Assembly: GCA_963665125.2 (NCBI GenBank)
Contig: CAXXUK010000001.1
Location: 2,240,001-2,304,000 of the forward strand
From: an uncultured Desulfarculus sp.
GTDB lineage: Bacteria > Desulfobacterota > Desulfarculia > Desulfarculales > Desulfarculaceae
Length of the DNA: 64,000 nucleotides
Reading direction: 5' to 3'
Below are positions 38,628 to 48,144 of the stretch, piece by piece. Position 1 is the stretch's first letter; each line of letters opens with the position of its first letter. A program made the translations under genes and the position numbers. Under the pieces are notes generated by a model. It saw only the letters and a program-made list of their open reading frames with translations, had not been told where the DNA came from and ran no database searches.

Positions 38628-41084
38628 ATGCGCATTTCCGCTCCCAGCCAATACAGGACCATGCTTACCGACCTGCAAAGCCAGCTTTACGCCCAATATC
38701 AGATCCAAAAGCAAATCACCACGGGCAAACAGGCCACCACCGCCTCGGAAGCGGGCGGCACTGCAGACACGATCATGCGTACGCACCTGGCCATGTCCCA
38801 GATCACCCAGTACGGCACAAACCTGGAAATGGCCGACTCCTGGTTGCAGACATCGGAAACCGCGATGCAGAATATCGTGGACATCCTCAGCCAGGCCAAA
38901 ACTGTGGCCGAAAAAATGTCCACCGGCACCATGGAGCCCCTGGAGCACGAAACGGCGGCCGAAGAGGTGGCCAACATCTTTGAGCAGCTCATCACCCTGG
39001 CCAACACCAAGGTCGACGGAAACTATCTGTTTGCCGGAACCTTGACCGACACCCTGCCGGTGACGACCTACCTGGACAACACCTTCCCGGCCGAGCTGTC
39101 CACCGACAGCGATCAGGGCAGCGGAAGCGTTGCCAGCATCGTCGACAACCTGGTGTCTCTCGGCGACCTGGCCTTCCAATTGACCCGGGACACCACCGGC
39201 GCCCTGGCCGGGATAACCATCTCGGCCAACAACACCTTGGGCGAAAACGGCATCGTGCCTCCGCTGAGCTTTGACGCGGGCCTGGCCAACTGGATTCACT
39301 ACACCGTGGCCTCCGACGCAAGGGGCCTGGCCGACACCTACATGCTGCGCTACGCCTTCTCCGGCGGCACGGACGCGGTGAGCGCCAGGGTGGGCGAAAC
39401 CTTTTCCTGGACCGCCGACGCGGACGTGGGCGAACAGACCTTTAATTCATTCTGCAAGGTGAGCTTCACCGGAGTGGGAGCGGCCACCCTGGATGTGGGC
39501 GGCGTGCCCACCTACACGGCAAACAGCGCCCAGGAAATGGTGGAGGCCATCAACTCCGCCGGCGCGGACTACTTTGCCTATGCCGACGGCGACGACGTCT
39601 ATGTCATGATCAAAGACGGCGTGGCCCCGGGCACCTTTTACGACATCACCGACGGCGGCGGCCCCATCGACGTCAGCTATTCCACCCTGGACGACCTGAC
39701 CAACCAGATCAACAACGGCAACAAGGCCCAGGGCATGGTCAGCATTGACAACACCGCCCTGCCCGGCCTCACCGACACGATAACCCTGGGCGAACACAGC
39801 TGGACATGGAGCGAAATTACCGGCGGCACCCTGCCCGCCGACGCCGACGGCTATGCCTCGGCCCTGACCAGCTGGATCGGCGCGCACACCGATGAGTTTA
39901 CTGCCGTGGCCACCACCGGCGCGGCCAGCGCCGACGCCAGCGTGATCATCACGGCCAACTCCGAGGGCAAGGCGGGCAACGTCGCGTTGACCGGAACCGG
40001 TGTAACCACCTCCGGCGCGCTCATGGGCGGCATCGACGGCACCGAGCACCAGACCACCGGCAGGCTCTATATCGACGGATCCTGCGACTACGACCTGGAG
40101 ACCAACCTCAACTGCACGGTTCTGGCTGTCGACGGCGACGACGTGACCGTGCGGGTGCGCTGGTACGACGACGACGGCACCCGCCACGTGGAGGACCTGA
40201 CCCTTTCTGCGGCCGGTGACGACAACGGAGTGGCCATACCCGGCATGGACGGCGTCACCCTGTACCGCGACGGTCTCACCTTTGAAGAAGGCGCGGTGAT
40301 GGATATCGCCCTGACCCATTACCAGGGCAACCAGGAAGACATCGAGGTCAGCTTCAGCAAAGACTCCCACATGCGCTACAACTGGAACGCCTCCCAGCTT
40401 TTGGGCGGCTCGTTGACCGTTGACCTGTACGGCGAAACCGCGGCCAAGGTATCGGGCACGGGCACCGGCTCGTTGCACATGGACGGCGCCTACCGCGGCC
40501 TGTACCCCCAGGACTTTGACATCGACGTCGTCGACGGCGGCCAAGTGCCCGGGGACGACGTAACCCTGCGGGTGCGCTGGACGGACCAAAACGGCAACAC
40601 CCACGATGAAGAGATGACCTTCAGCGGCACGGGAACCGACAACGCCCAGACCATCCCCGGCAGCGACGGCGTGGAGATCTACCTGGACAGCGGAACCTAC
40701 CAGCAGGGCGACGCATTCAGTTATTCGGTTGAAAAAGACACCCTGCAGATCATGGACATGTTCACCCTGTGGGAACAGGCCCTACTCAGCGGCGACCAGG
40801 AAACGGCCCAGACCATGAGCCAGGAGGCATTGGCCGTATTGGACGACGCCCTGGAAAAGATCATGAACTACATCGCCGACTCAGGAGCCAGGCAGGAGCG
40901 CATCGATATCCGGGAAGTGGTGATGACCGACCAGGAGCTCTTCCACACCGATGTTCTTGAAGACGTGGAAGCCGTTGACATCACCCAGGCCTATTTGGAG
41001 CTGAATATGCTCCAGACATCGTACACGACCACCTTGAAGGTGACGTCATCGATGAGCGACATGTTCCTGCTCAATTATATGTAG
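38628..41084 (+). CDS. flgL: Flagellar hook-associated protein 3 (FlgL), unusually long
   Basis: MRIS, QITTGK and LANTKVDGNYLFAGT at the N-terminus; GARQERI...EAVDITQAY.EL..LQTSY...LKV...LLNYM at the C-terminus. Confidence 0.85.
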   Translation: MRISAPSQYRTMLTDLQSQLYAQYQIQKQITTGKQATTASEAGGTADTIMRTHLAMSQITQYGTNLEMADSWLQTSETAMQNIVDILSQAKTVAEKMSTGTMEPLEHETAAEEVANIFEQLITLANTKVDGNYLFAGTLTDTLPVTTYLDNTFPAELSTDSDQGSGSVASIVDNLVSLGDLAFQLTRDTTGALAGITISANNTLGENGIVPPLSFDAGLANWIHYTVASDARGLADTYMLRYAFSGGTDAVSARVGETFSWTADADVGEQTFNSFCKVSFTGVGAATLDVGGVPTYTANSAQEMVEAINSAGADYFAYADGDDVYVMIKDGVAPGTFYDITDGGGPIDVSYSTLDDLTNQINNGNKAQGMVSIDNTALPGLTDTITLGEHSWTWSEITGGTLPADADGYASALTSWIGAHTDEFTAVATTGAASADASVIITANSEGKAGNVALTGTGVTTSGALMGGIDGTEHQTTGRLYIDGSCDYDLETNLNCTVLAVDGDDVTVRVRWYDDDGTRHVEDLTLSAAGDDNGVAIPGMDGVTLYRDGLTFEEGAVMDIALTHYQGNQEDIEVSFSKDSHMRYNWNASQLLGGSLTVDLYGETAAKVSGTGTGSLHMDGAYRGLYPQDFDIDVVDGGQVPGDDVTLRVRWTDQNGNTHDEEMTFSGTGTDNAQTIPGSDGVEIYLDSGTYQQGDAFSYSVEKDTLQIMDMFTLWEQALLSGDQETAQTMSQEALAVLDDALEKIMNYIADSGARQERIDIREVVMTDQELFHTDVLEDVEAVDITQAYLELNMLQTSYTTTLKVTSSMSDMFLLNYM

Positions 41085-41089
41085 GCCTT

Positions 41090-41605
41090 TCAGGGGCCGT
41101 CCAGGACCCAAAGGCCCCGGTACTCACGTTGGGCCTTGGCCTCCAATTCGATGTATTCGAGCTTGCGGTAGTAATGATATTGCCGCTGGGCCCTGGCCAT
41201 GCCCATGGAAATCATCAGCCCCCCGAAATCCCGCGAATCGGTCAGCCTGATGTAGGCCAGCAGGCGGCCGTATTTATCTTTGGATGGCCCGCCGCCGTCG
41301 TACTCCAGTCTGACCCGGCAATCCTTGGGCAGGACGCACCGGGCAAAGGCCTTGGCGACCTCGCCGATCGCGGCCTCTTGCTCCTCGCTGCGGTCGTGAT
41401 TTTTCGCGTTGCGTCCCAGGGACTTGCTGCGCCCGGTCTCGGCGGCGTCCAGGCCCAACACCCGTACGAACACCTCTTCCTTGCCCAGGGCGACTTTGAC
41501 GGTGTCGCCGTCGGGCACCCACAAAACCGTGGCCTGATCAGCCGCCGCCGCCGTGGCCAGGGCCACGCACAGCAGCAGAATAAAAGCAGCCAACGTGCGT
41601 CTCAT
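41090..41605 (-). CDS. Secreted thermonuclease (SNase) family protein
   Basis: Signal peptide, DGDTV, VRVLGLDAAE, DKYGRLLAY and E..A....RGLW. Confidence 0.88.
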   Translation of the reverse strand: MRRTLAAFILLLCVALATAAAADQATVLWVPDGDTVKVALGKEEVFVRVLGLDAAETGRSKSLGRNAKNHDRSEEQEAAIGEVAKAFARCVLPKDCRVRLEYDGGGPSKDKYGRLLAYIRLTDSRDFGGLMISMGMARAQRQYHYYRKLEYIELEAKAQREYRGLWVLDGP

Positions 41606-41608
41606 GAT

Positions 41609-42541
41609 CTAATCCAATTCCACCCACTGCCCGTCAAAGGCCGCGAAAGCCGTGCAGTCAAGCCCGGCCCGGCCCAGGACGTCTTCAATGGTTTGTTGCC
41701 AAGACTCCTGATCCAGGGGTATGGGCAACATCTTGCCGTCGGGCTCGCACAAGGGCTCCTTTGCGGCCCTTTGCTTGATGGTGGCGTTGCCGATATCATC
41801 GTCGGGCCTGATGTCCTGACAGGTGAAGTGGACAAAATAGACGCTGCCGGGCTTCCAATGCTGCAACAGCGGCACGGCGGCCTGAAGGCTCAGGTGATTG
41901 GCCCGGTTCTCGGCAGGTTCGTTTAAAAACGCGCACTGACAGACGAGATGGTCAATGCCGCTGAAGGCGTCGGGGTCTTCCGTGCGCACCAGGTCGCCGG
42001 TGTAGCCCACCCGCAGGCTGCCCAGGGTCGTGGTCAGGTCAAACACGTAGCCCACCGATCCCTTGGGAAACGGGCCATGATCGGTCTTTACCGGGCGGCA
42101 GACGAGGTCCGGGCCGAACGGAGGGCCCTGCAAGGGCTCGCCAGGCACGCAAACGCGCTTTTCCAGAGTATGGGGAATAAGATAGCCGAAGCGCTCCTCG
42201 ACGAACTTCCAGGTGTCGGCGGTGGCGTACACCGGAATTGGGCTCCAGCCTTCTCCCGGCACGGCCCGGCGAAAACAGAGCAATTCGTCGAGGCCCAGAA
42301 AATGGTCGCCATGTTCGTGGCTGATGAGCACCGCGTCCGGCTTTGGCAGGTCCTCGCGCATCAATTGGGCCCGCAGGTCCGGTCCGGGATCAATCAATAT
42401 CCCGGCCTGCGGCGTTTGAAACCAAAGGCAGGTTCGGGTGCGCGTCTGGCCCTTGGCGCGCATTGTCCGGCAAGTGGCGCAGGGGCAGGTGTGCTCAGGC
42501 AGACCCCAGGCCCCCCCGGTGCCTAAAAATCGCAGTTCCAT
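41609..42541 (-). CDS. MBL-fold metallohydrolase (PhnP-like)
   Basis: FLGTGGAWGLP...CPCATC, LIDPGPDLR.Q, SHEHGDHF.G, YTGD and NHL. Confidence 0.85.
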   Translation of the reverse strand: MELRFLGTGGAWGLPEHTCPCATCRTMRAKGQTRTRTCLWFQTPQAGILIDPGPDLRAQLMREDLPKPDAVLISHEHGDHFLGLDELLCFRRAVPGEGWSPIPVYATADTWKFVEERFGYLIPHTLEKRVCVPGEPLQGPPFGPDLVCRPVKTDHGPFPKGSVGYVFDLTTTLGSLRVGYTGDLVRTEDPDAFSGIDHLVCQCAFLNEPAENRANHLSLQAAVPLLQHWKPGSVYFVHFTCQDIRPDDDIGNATIKQRAAKEPLCEPDGKMLPIPLDQESWQQTIEDVLGRAGLDCTAFAAFDGQWVELD

Positions 42542-42825
42542 ACAGCATTCTCCCAGGATCATTCTTGCAGCATTTCAAAAAGGCATACCACATTATTCCC
42601 GTCATGCACCAGCGGGAAGGGGAATCCATGACGACCGGCCTTGCCGATAGCCCGCGCCGGTATTATTTTTCTAACAACGGCAGGTACGGACTGGCCCGTT
42701 ACAACAGCGGTGAGGCGATCAGGTACGTATTCGTGGTATAATTCCCTGGTGAAGTATTGAGAATGGGCGTTACGGCATTGTCCCGGGTAAGGACAATTAT
42801 CCGCAACGCCAAAAAGAGCGAACAA

Positions 42826-43497
42826 GTGACTGAGCAAAACGGCATATTTACAACCCGTCTGCTTCGGGTGGGGCACGCATTGATGGAGGCCCTGGAGCCC
42901 CATGAGATCATCAGGGCTCCCCTGAACTCCGGAAGGCCGGCCAGCGTGCTGATGCCTCTTTGGGATGACGGCGACGACATCCAGGTGGTTTTCACCAAGC
43001 GCAGTTCCGACCTGCCCACCCACGCGGGCCAGGTTTCCTTTCCCGGCGGCATGGCCGAACGCACCGATGCCGGGCTGAGTTGCACGGCCCTGCGCGAAAC
43101 CCAGGAAGAAATCGGCGTGCCCCCGGAAAAGATAGCGGTGCTGCGCAGGCTGGACCAGCTCAAAACCATCACCGGCTTTGTGGTCACGCCATATCTGGGT
43201 CTGTTGGCCTCTGACATCTCCTTTAGGGTCAACAAGGTCGAGGTCGACCATCTGTTGATGGTGCCCCTGAAAAAGGTCCTGGATCGCAGCGCTTATCAAG
43301 AGGTCCAGGTCGACTGGGACGGCATGAAGCTCAGCCAGATGGGCCTGGCTCACGACGAAGATATAATTTGGGGCGCAACGTTCAGAATGCTCCAAAATTT
43401 CATAGAACGCCTGGATGGGCGGCTGGAAGAAATTCTTTCCGCCGCATATGGCCAAGAACTTCAAAAAGGTGTGGACAGGGTCGGCGGTGTGGTGTAG
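42826..43497 (+). CDS. Nudix CoA pyrophosphatase (NudL/PCD1-like)
   Basis: FTKRS..L.THAGQVSFPGG, ALRETQEEIG and IWGAT. Start uncertain (42826 GTG or 42883 ATG). Confidence 0.88.
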   Translation: MTEQNGIFTTRLLRVGHALMEALEPHEIIRAPLNSGRPASVLMPLWDDGDDIQVVFTKRSSDLPTHAGQVSFPGGMAERTDAGLSCTALRETQEEIGVPPEKIAVLRRLDQLKTITGFVVTPYLGLLASDISFRVNKVEVDHLLMVPLKKVLDRSAYQEVQVDWDGMKLSQMGLAHDEDIIWGATFRMLQNFIERLDGRLEEILSAAYGQELQKGVDRVGGVV

Positions 43498-43510
43498 TTA
43501 AGACTGCTGT

Positions 43511-43587
43511 CGGGACGTGGCTCAGACTGGTAGAGCACTGCGTTCGGGACGCAGGGGTCGCGCGTTCAAATCGCGCCGTCCCGACCA
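43511..43587 (+). tRNA. tRNA-Pro (anticodon CGG)
   Basis: CGGGACG acceptor stem pairing with CGTCCCG-ACCA, D-loop TGGTA, anticodon arm CTGCG-TTCGGGA-CGCAG, T-loop GTTCAAATC. Confidence 0.97.
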
Positions 43588-43601
43588 CATACCCAACCCG
43601 C

Positions 43602-43636
43602 AAAGGCCATCCACACCAGGATGGCCTTTTGTTTTT
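43602..43636 (+). terminator. Intrinsic terminator after tRNA-Pro
   Basis: AAAGGCCATCC-ACACCA-GGATGGCCTTT-TGTTTTT. Confidence 0.75.
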
Positions 43637-44242
43637 ATGGCAACGGTACGCTTGGGCAGCCACGTAAGATCCGCGACGAAACCAATTAGGTTGGCGGCGG
43701 TCATGGCTTTGTTTTTGGCATTCGCCGCCTTGGGCCTTTGCGCCGCCTGCTCCGACCAGAACCAACCGATCAATGCGCAGGCCAGGTTTCTGCGGGATTA
43801 TCTTGATGTCCGTCTTGATAACATCCTGTCTGCCTTGGAACCCAGCCTGGGCAACGGAAACCACGACCAACTCAACGCCTTGCTTGGCAAACTTCCCAAG
43901 AGTCAGCCGGAGTTGCCCCATCTGATCCTGGTGCTCAATGAAAACGAAACGGTTCTGGCGGCGCGGACGTTCCAAGGCCCCAACGGCAGCCTCAATCTCC
44001 AGCATCCGGTTGGCTATAATTACTCGAAATATGAGATGATTAACGGCAAGACCGCCGAAAAGGGCACATTTCTTTTTTGCATGTACAGCAATGAAGGCAA
44101 GCTGATGGTGGCCTGCCGTAGCGCATGGTCCGGCGTCAGCTACAGAGGCACGGTCTGCGTGGCCCTGCCGTGCTGGGGCCTTCCGGAGGACAGCCGCATC
44201 AGCGAACAACAATTCATCAATTTAAAATTCGACGACAAATAA
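43637..44242 (+). CDS. Hypothetical lipoprotein
   Basis: Hydrophobic stretch ending in CAAC. Start is 43637 or 43703. Confidence 0.6.
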   Translation: MATVRLGSHVRSATKPIRLAAVMALFLAFAALGLCAACSDQNQPINAQARFLRDYLDVRLDNILSALEPSLGNGNHDQLNALLGKLPKSQPELPHLILVLNENETVLAARTFQGPNGSLNLQHPVGYNYSKYEMINGKTAEKGTFLFCMYSNEGKLMVACRSAWSGVSYRGTVCVALPCWGLPEDSRISEQQFINLKFDDK

Positions 44243-44441
44243 CAAAACAGCCGACCCGGGTACCGCTCCTGGCGGCCTCCCTTTCATGGGCGTTCTTGCC
44301 GGCTGCAACGTCCCCACCTATCCGCTTGATTTACAACCAGTTAAGCCCGGCCGACCGGCTTGACATAAAATTTGCGCCATGTTTGAATTCTTGCGGATGT
44401 TAATATGGCCGTATTGATCTCACTTCCGCTGGAGCGAATCC

Positions 44442-46088
44442 TTGCGCATTAATCCCATACTCACAGCCCTTGCCCTGATAACGAGTGTCCTGTTTTTACC
44501 GGTCATCGCAGGCGCCGCCCAAGATCATCGTGACAAAACGCCCCAACAGATAGTGGATACTGCCAACGAAATCTTGCAAAACACCCAGCCGAACGGCTCC
44601 CTGTCGGCCCAGGCCTTGGCCGCGCGCTCCCTGGCCCGTGATGAACTGGGAGAATTCCAGCAGGCCCTGGACGACGCCCGCGCCGCGGTCAGGCAGGACC
44701 CCGCCTCGCCGTTGGCCTGGATAGCCAGGGCCAAGGCGGCCGCGCTGTTGGGAGGCTATGACCAGGCACTGCGGGACCTGAACAAAGCGGCCGGTTTGAA
44801 CCAAGGTTTTTTTGACAAGCATGGCGGCCCCTTGCTCAGGGCCGTCTGCCTGATTGTGCTGCGGCAAACCAACCGCCAGACCATTGAAGACCTTGAGAAG
44901 GCCTTGACCGAGTCCCCCCGTGACGCACGTGTTTGGTTGCTGCTGGGCAAGGCAAAGCTCGATCAGGGCGACGGCCCAGGCGCGTTCCTGGCCCTGGACA
45001 AGGCTATCGAGTTGGATCCAGACCTGGCCGAAGCCTATTTTTGGCGCGCCAGGGCCTGGGTGGAAAGGCACGACGGCACAACGGCCACCATCGAACGGGC
45101 AAAGTCCGATATCAACCGGTTTCTGGCCCTCAAGCCGGCCAATGGTCCTGGGCTGGCCCTACGGGGCTGTATTTTGGCGGCCATGGGCGGATACCGCGCC
45201 TTGATTCTGGATACGGAAAAGGCCTTGGATCTCATGGGAGGATCAGCCGACGAACACCGGTGGCTGTACAATCTGGAATACACCATCTGGAATATGAATA
45301 TGGAGGAAAAGCCTTTAATATCGTTGAACATTGCCGAAACAGCCGGTTTACTGAACCGGCCAGCACTGGCGCCCATAAACGAGGCCCTTTACTCCACTGC
45401 CTTCTTGTTTAACCCGAAAAATGACTTTGTGCTCACCCGCCTAGGCATTTCCCGCATGATCCAAGACCGGGTCCTGGTGGCTCTGGAAGATCTGAAAAAG
45501 GCCAGGGCCATGGGCCAGCGCACCGCCCTCAACGGACTGGCCCTGGCCCAGTCCATCCGCCTGGCCCATCCGCCCGGCCGCGACGCCTTGCCCGTTCTAA
45601 ATGAAGTGCTGGAAGATCAACCGGACAATGCCGACGCCATGATAATGCGGGCGAGGATCAACCAGGATCTGGGCATGCCCCAGGCGGCCGCGAACGATCT
45701 CGAGGAAGCCCTGCGGATTCAACCGGCCTCGGCAACTGCGGCCTTGTTGCTGGCCCGGCTTCAACAAAACCTTGGCCGCCCGGAAAAGGCCCTGGACGTG
45801 CTCGACGGCTCGGCGGCCATACACGGCCACCGGGGCGATATCCAAATGGCCCGAGGCCGGGTATTGCTGGAAAGGGGCAGATATCAGGACGCGTTGGAGG
45901 CCCTGGACATTGCCCTTGCCTGTCTGCCGGACTCGGCGGAGGCACTTCTGCTCAGAGCCAAGGCCCTGGCGAGCTTGGATCAAACCGGTTTGGCCCAAAA
46001 AGATCTGGCAAGAGCCATTGCCATTGAGCCGTCATATATTGAGGCACTGGATGAACTCGACAGAATAAAGGCAATGGGCAAACAGTAG
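44442..46088 (+). CDS. Exported TPR-repeat protein
   Basis: Signal peptide and multiple TPR motifs (KAIELDPDLAEAYFWRA). Confidence 0.85.
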   Translation: MRINPILTALALITSVLFLPVIAGAAQDHRDKTPQQIVDTANEILQNTQPNGSLSAQALAARSLARDELGEFQQALDDARAAVRQDPASPLAWIARAKAAALLGGYDQALRDLNKAAGLNQGFFDKHGGPLLRAVCLIVLRQTNRQTIEDLEKALTESPRDARVWLLLGKAKLDQGDGPGAFLALDKAIELDPDLAEAYFWRARAWVERHDGTTATIERAKSDINRFLALKPANGPGLALRGCILAAMGGYRALILDTEKALDLMGGSADEHRWLYNLEYTIWNMNMEEKPLISLNIAETAGLLNRPALAPINEALYSTAFLFNPKNDFVLTRLGISRMIQDRVLVALEDLKKARAMGQRTALNGLALAQSIRLAHPPGRDALPVLNEVLEDQPDNADAMIMRARINQDLGMPQAAANDLEEALRIQPASATAALLLARLQQNLGRPEKALDVLDGSAAIHGHRGDIQMARGRVLLERGRYQDALEALDIALACLPDSAEALLLRAKALASLDQTGLAQKDLARAIAIEPSYIEALDELDRIKAMGKQ

Positions 46089-46096
46089 CTTTACTA

Positions 46097-46125
46097 TTGA
46101 CAACTTGCGAATAACTAATTAATAT
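46097..46125 (+). promoter_or_regulatory. sigma70 promoter for divIVA-yggU-peptidase
   Basis: TTGACA-N17-TAATAT. Confidence 0.6.
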
Positions 46126-46158
46126 AACGAAAGTTTTCAAATAATTCCCGAGGGGAAG

Positions 46159-46659
46159 ATGGAAAGCAAAAGCATAAGCCGTAAACAGTTCGCCAAGCGT
46201 TTCAGAGGCTGCGACCAGCAAGAGGTCACCGTGTACCTCAGGAGCGTGGCCGAATACGCCTCAGGCCTGGAAAAGCAGATCGAGTTGCTCAACTCAGAGC
46301 TTGAGGAAGCCAAACGTGAAGTGCGCGAATTGCGCTCCCGCGACCAGAGCTTCGAGGCGGCCCTTGCGCAAGCCCGTGAAATGTCTAGCGAAATAAAGCT
46401 AAATGCCGAGCGGGAAAGTAAACTTCTCATCTCTGAGGCCGAATTGCAGGCTGAAAAAATCCTCAATCAGGCCCACACCAGACTGGCCCAGATCCACGAC
46501 GACATCGCCGAACTCAAACGGCAGCGCACCCAGTTCGAGGTTCGCCTCCGCTCGCTGGTGGAAGCCCACCTCAAGCTTATGGACGTGGAATTGGACCGGG
46601 ACCGCGAGCTTTCGGAGCTGGAAGACAAGATCAAGATACTCCGGGGCCCGGCCAAATAG
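46159..46659 (+). CDS. divIVA: DivIVA-domain protein
   Basis: I..KQF.KRFRG.D..EV..YL followed by a long coiled coil. Confidence 0.85.
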   Translation: MESKSISRKQFAKRFRGCDQQEVTVYLRSVAEYASGLEKQIELLNSELEEAKREVRELRSRDQSFEAALAQAREMSSEIKLNAERESKLLISEAELQAEKILNQAHTRLAQIHDDIAELKRQRTQFEVRLRSLVEAHLKLMDVELDRDRELSELEDKIKILRGPAK

Positions 46660-46665
46660 TTTTTC

Positions 46666-46953
46666 ATGTTGGACATTAAAAAAGAGCCCCACGGCATCAG
46701 CTTTGCCGTGAGGGTGACGCCAAGGTCTTCGCGCGATCTCGTTGCCGGAGAAGAAGGCGGAGTGCTCAAGATACGCCTCAACGCGCCGCCGGTCGACGGC
46801 AAGGCCAATGACGCGTTGATCCGTTTCGTGGCCAAGCAGCTGGGCTTGGCCCGCCGGGATGTCAATCTGGCCCAGGGGGAGAAATCCCGCAACAAGAGGC
46901 TTTGCGTCAGCGGAATCAGCGCCGACGAATTGCACAAACGGTTGGGGCTGTGA
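46666..46953 (+). CDS. yggU: DUF167/YggU family protein
   Basis: VRVTPRSSR, APPVDGKANDAL and GEKSRNK. Confidence 0.88.
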   Translation: MLDIKKEPHGISFAVRVTPRSSRDLVAGEEGGVLKIRLNAPPVDGKANDALIRFVAKQLGLARRDVNLAQGEKSRNKRLCVSGISADELHKRLGL

Positions 46954-47930
46954 TTGGCCGTTGCCTTATTGCTCTCGTTTTGTGCGCCTGGCTGGCCCTG
47001 CCGCAAGCCGCCATGGCCGACTCCACCCAACAACTGGAAATCCATGGCGCCTCGCCCGAGCTAAAGGCATATATCAGCACAAGCGTTGAAAACACGTCCC
47101 CCCGGCTCCAGGCCTGGACCGGCCGCAAACCAACACGCATCGTCATCCACGTTCACGGCAGCCAGGCCTCCTTCGCCCGCCAGATGGATATCCTGGGCGC
47201 TCCGTCATGGGCCGACGGTCTGGCCCTGCCCCGTAGTGGCCAAATCCATATCAAGAGCCCCGCGCTCCTGGCCGGAGTGGCCGAGTTCGACCATGTTCTT
47301 TCCCACGAACTGATGCACCTTCACTTGGCCACCACCATGGGCGGCAGGTCCCTGCCCCTGTGGCTGGAGGAGGGGCTGGCGGTTCTTCTTTCGGGCGAAT
47401 CCGGCTGGCGACGGGGTTCGGCCATGGCCCGGGGCGTGCTCATGGGCCAACTGCCGTCCCTTGCGGAATTGGCGGACCATTTCCCGGCGGACCACGCCGA
47501 TGCCGCCGAGGCCTACGCAGTGTCATACTTTTTCGTGAGTTGGTTCCTGGAAAACTACGGCGACAAAGCAATGCGGGACGTCATCAGCGGTCTGGGTCAG
47601 GGGCTGACAACAACCGCGGCCTTCCGGCGAGCCACCGGGATTTCCCTGGCCAAGCTGGAAAAGCAGTTCAACGATGCCATGGAAGACCGGTTTTCCTGGT
47701 TCGGCCTGTTAGCCGACAGCGGGGTGTTTTGGAGCGTTATAGCTGTGCTTGCCGCCCTGGCTCTAATCATTGCATACAGGAGGCAAAAAAACCGGCGCAG
47801 GACCATGGACGGACCGGACCGGGAATTATTGCACGTACCGCCGGGCAGGGTCTGGCCCCCGCCTACAAGGCGCACGGACGTGCTTTCAGAAGCTGGCCAG
47901 CGTCACGACGACCACAGGCCCAGCCAATAA
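46950..47930 (+). CDS. Peptidase MA-family zinc metallohydrolase with C-terminal TM anchor
   Basis: Signal peptide, HELMH and PLWLEEGLA. GTGA overlap with yggU. Confidence 0.83.
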   Translation: MIGRCLIALVLCAWLALPQAAMADSTQQLEIHGASPELKAYISTSVENTSPRLQAWTGRKPTRIVIHVHGSQASFARQMDILGAPSWADGLALPRSGQIHIKSPALLAGVAEFDHVLSHELMHLHLATTMGGRSLPLWLEEGLAVLLSGESGWRRGSAMARGVLMGQLPSLAELADHFPADHADAAEAYAVSYFFVSWFLENYGDKAMRDVISGLGQGLTTTAAFRRATGISLAKLEKQFNDAMEDRFSWFGLLADSGVFWSVIAVLAALALIIAYRRQKNRRRTMDGPDRELLHVPPGRVWPPPTRRTDVLSEAGQRHDDHRPSQ

Positions 47931-47931
47931 G

Positions 47932-48123
47932 CTATGCGCTATGGGGGAAAGGCAGACTCTCCAGTGAATCGTCAATAACCTGCTGCGAGTGGCCCTGCTC
48001 TCTGGCCGCGGCGCATTCGAAATGAAGAACGCAATGCGTCAGGCAAACCATGTCTTCACGGTCAAACTGCCCGAAGCAGCTGATTCGTCCTTCAAATTCG
48101 CTTACATCCAATCTGGTTGCCAA
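47932..48123 (-). CDS. Small Cys-rich hypothetical protein (63 aa)
   Basis: CFG.F-x6-C-x3-C-x5-C; fills the gap right after mreB; AAGGA RBS before TTG. Confidence 0.6.
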   Translation of the reverse strand: MATRLDVSEFEGRISCFGQFDREDMVCLTHCVLHFECAAAREQGHSQQVIDDSLESLPFPHSA

Positions 48124-48144
48124 TGCGTCTATCCTTGCTGGTAA

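Noticed and set aside
43511..46088. tRNA-Pro as an integration site for a genomic island
   Set aside because: No integrase is present, and I saw no duplicated tRNA 3' end within the window by eye.
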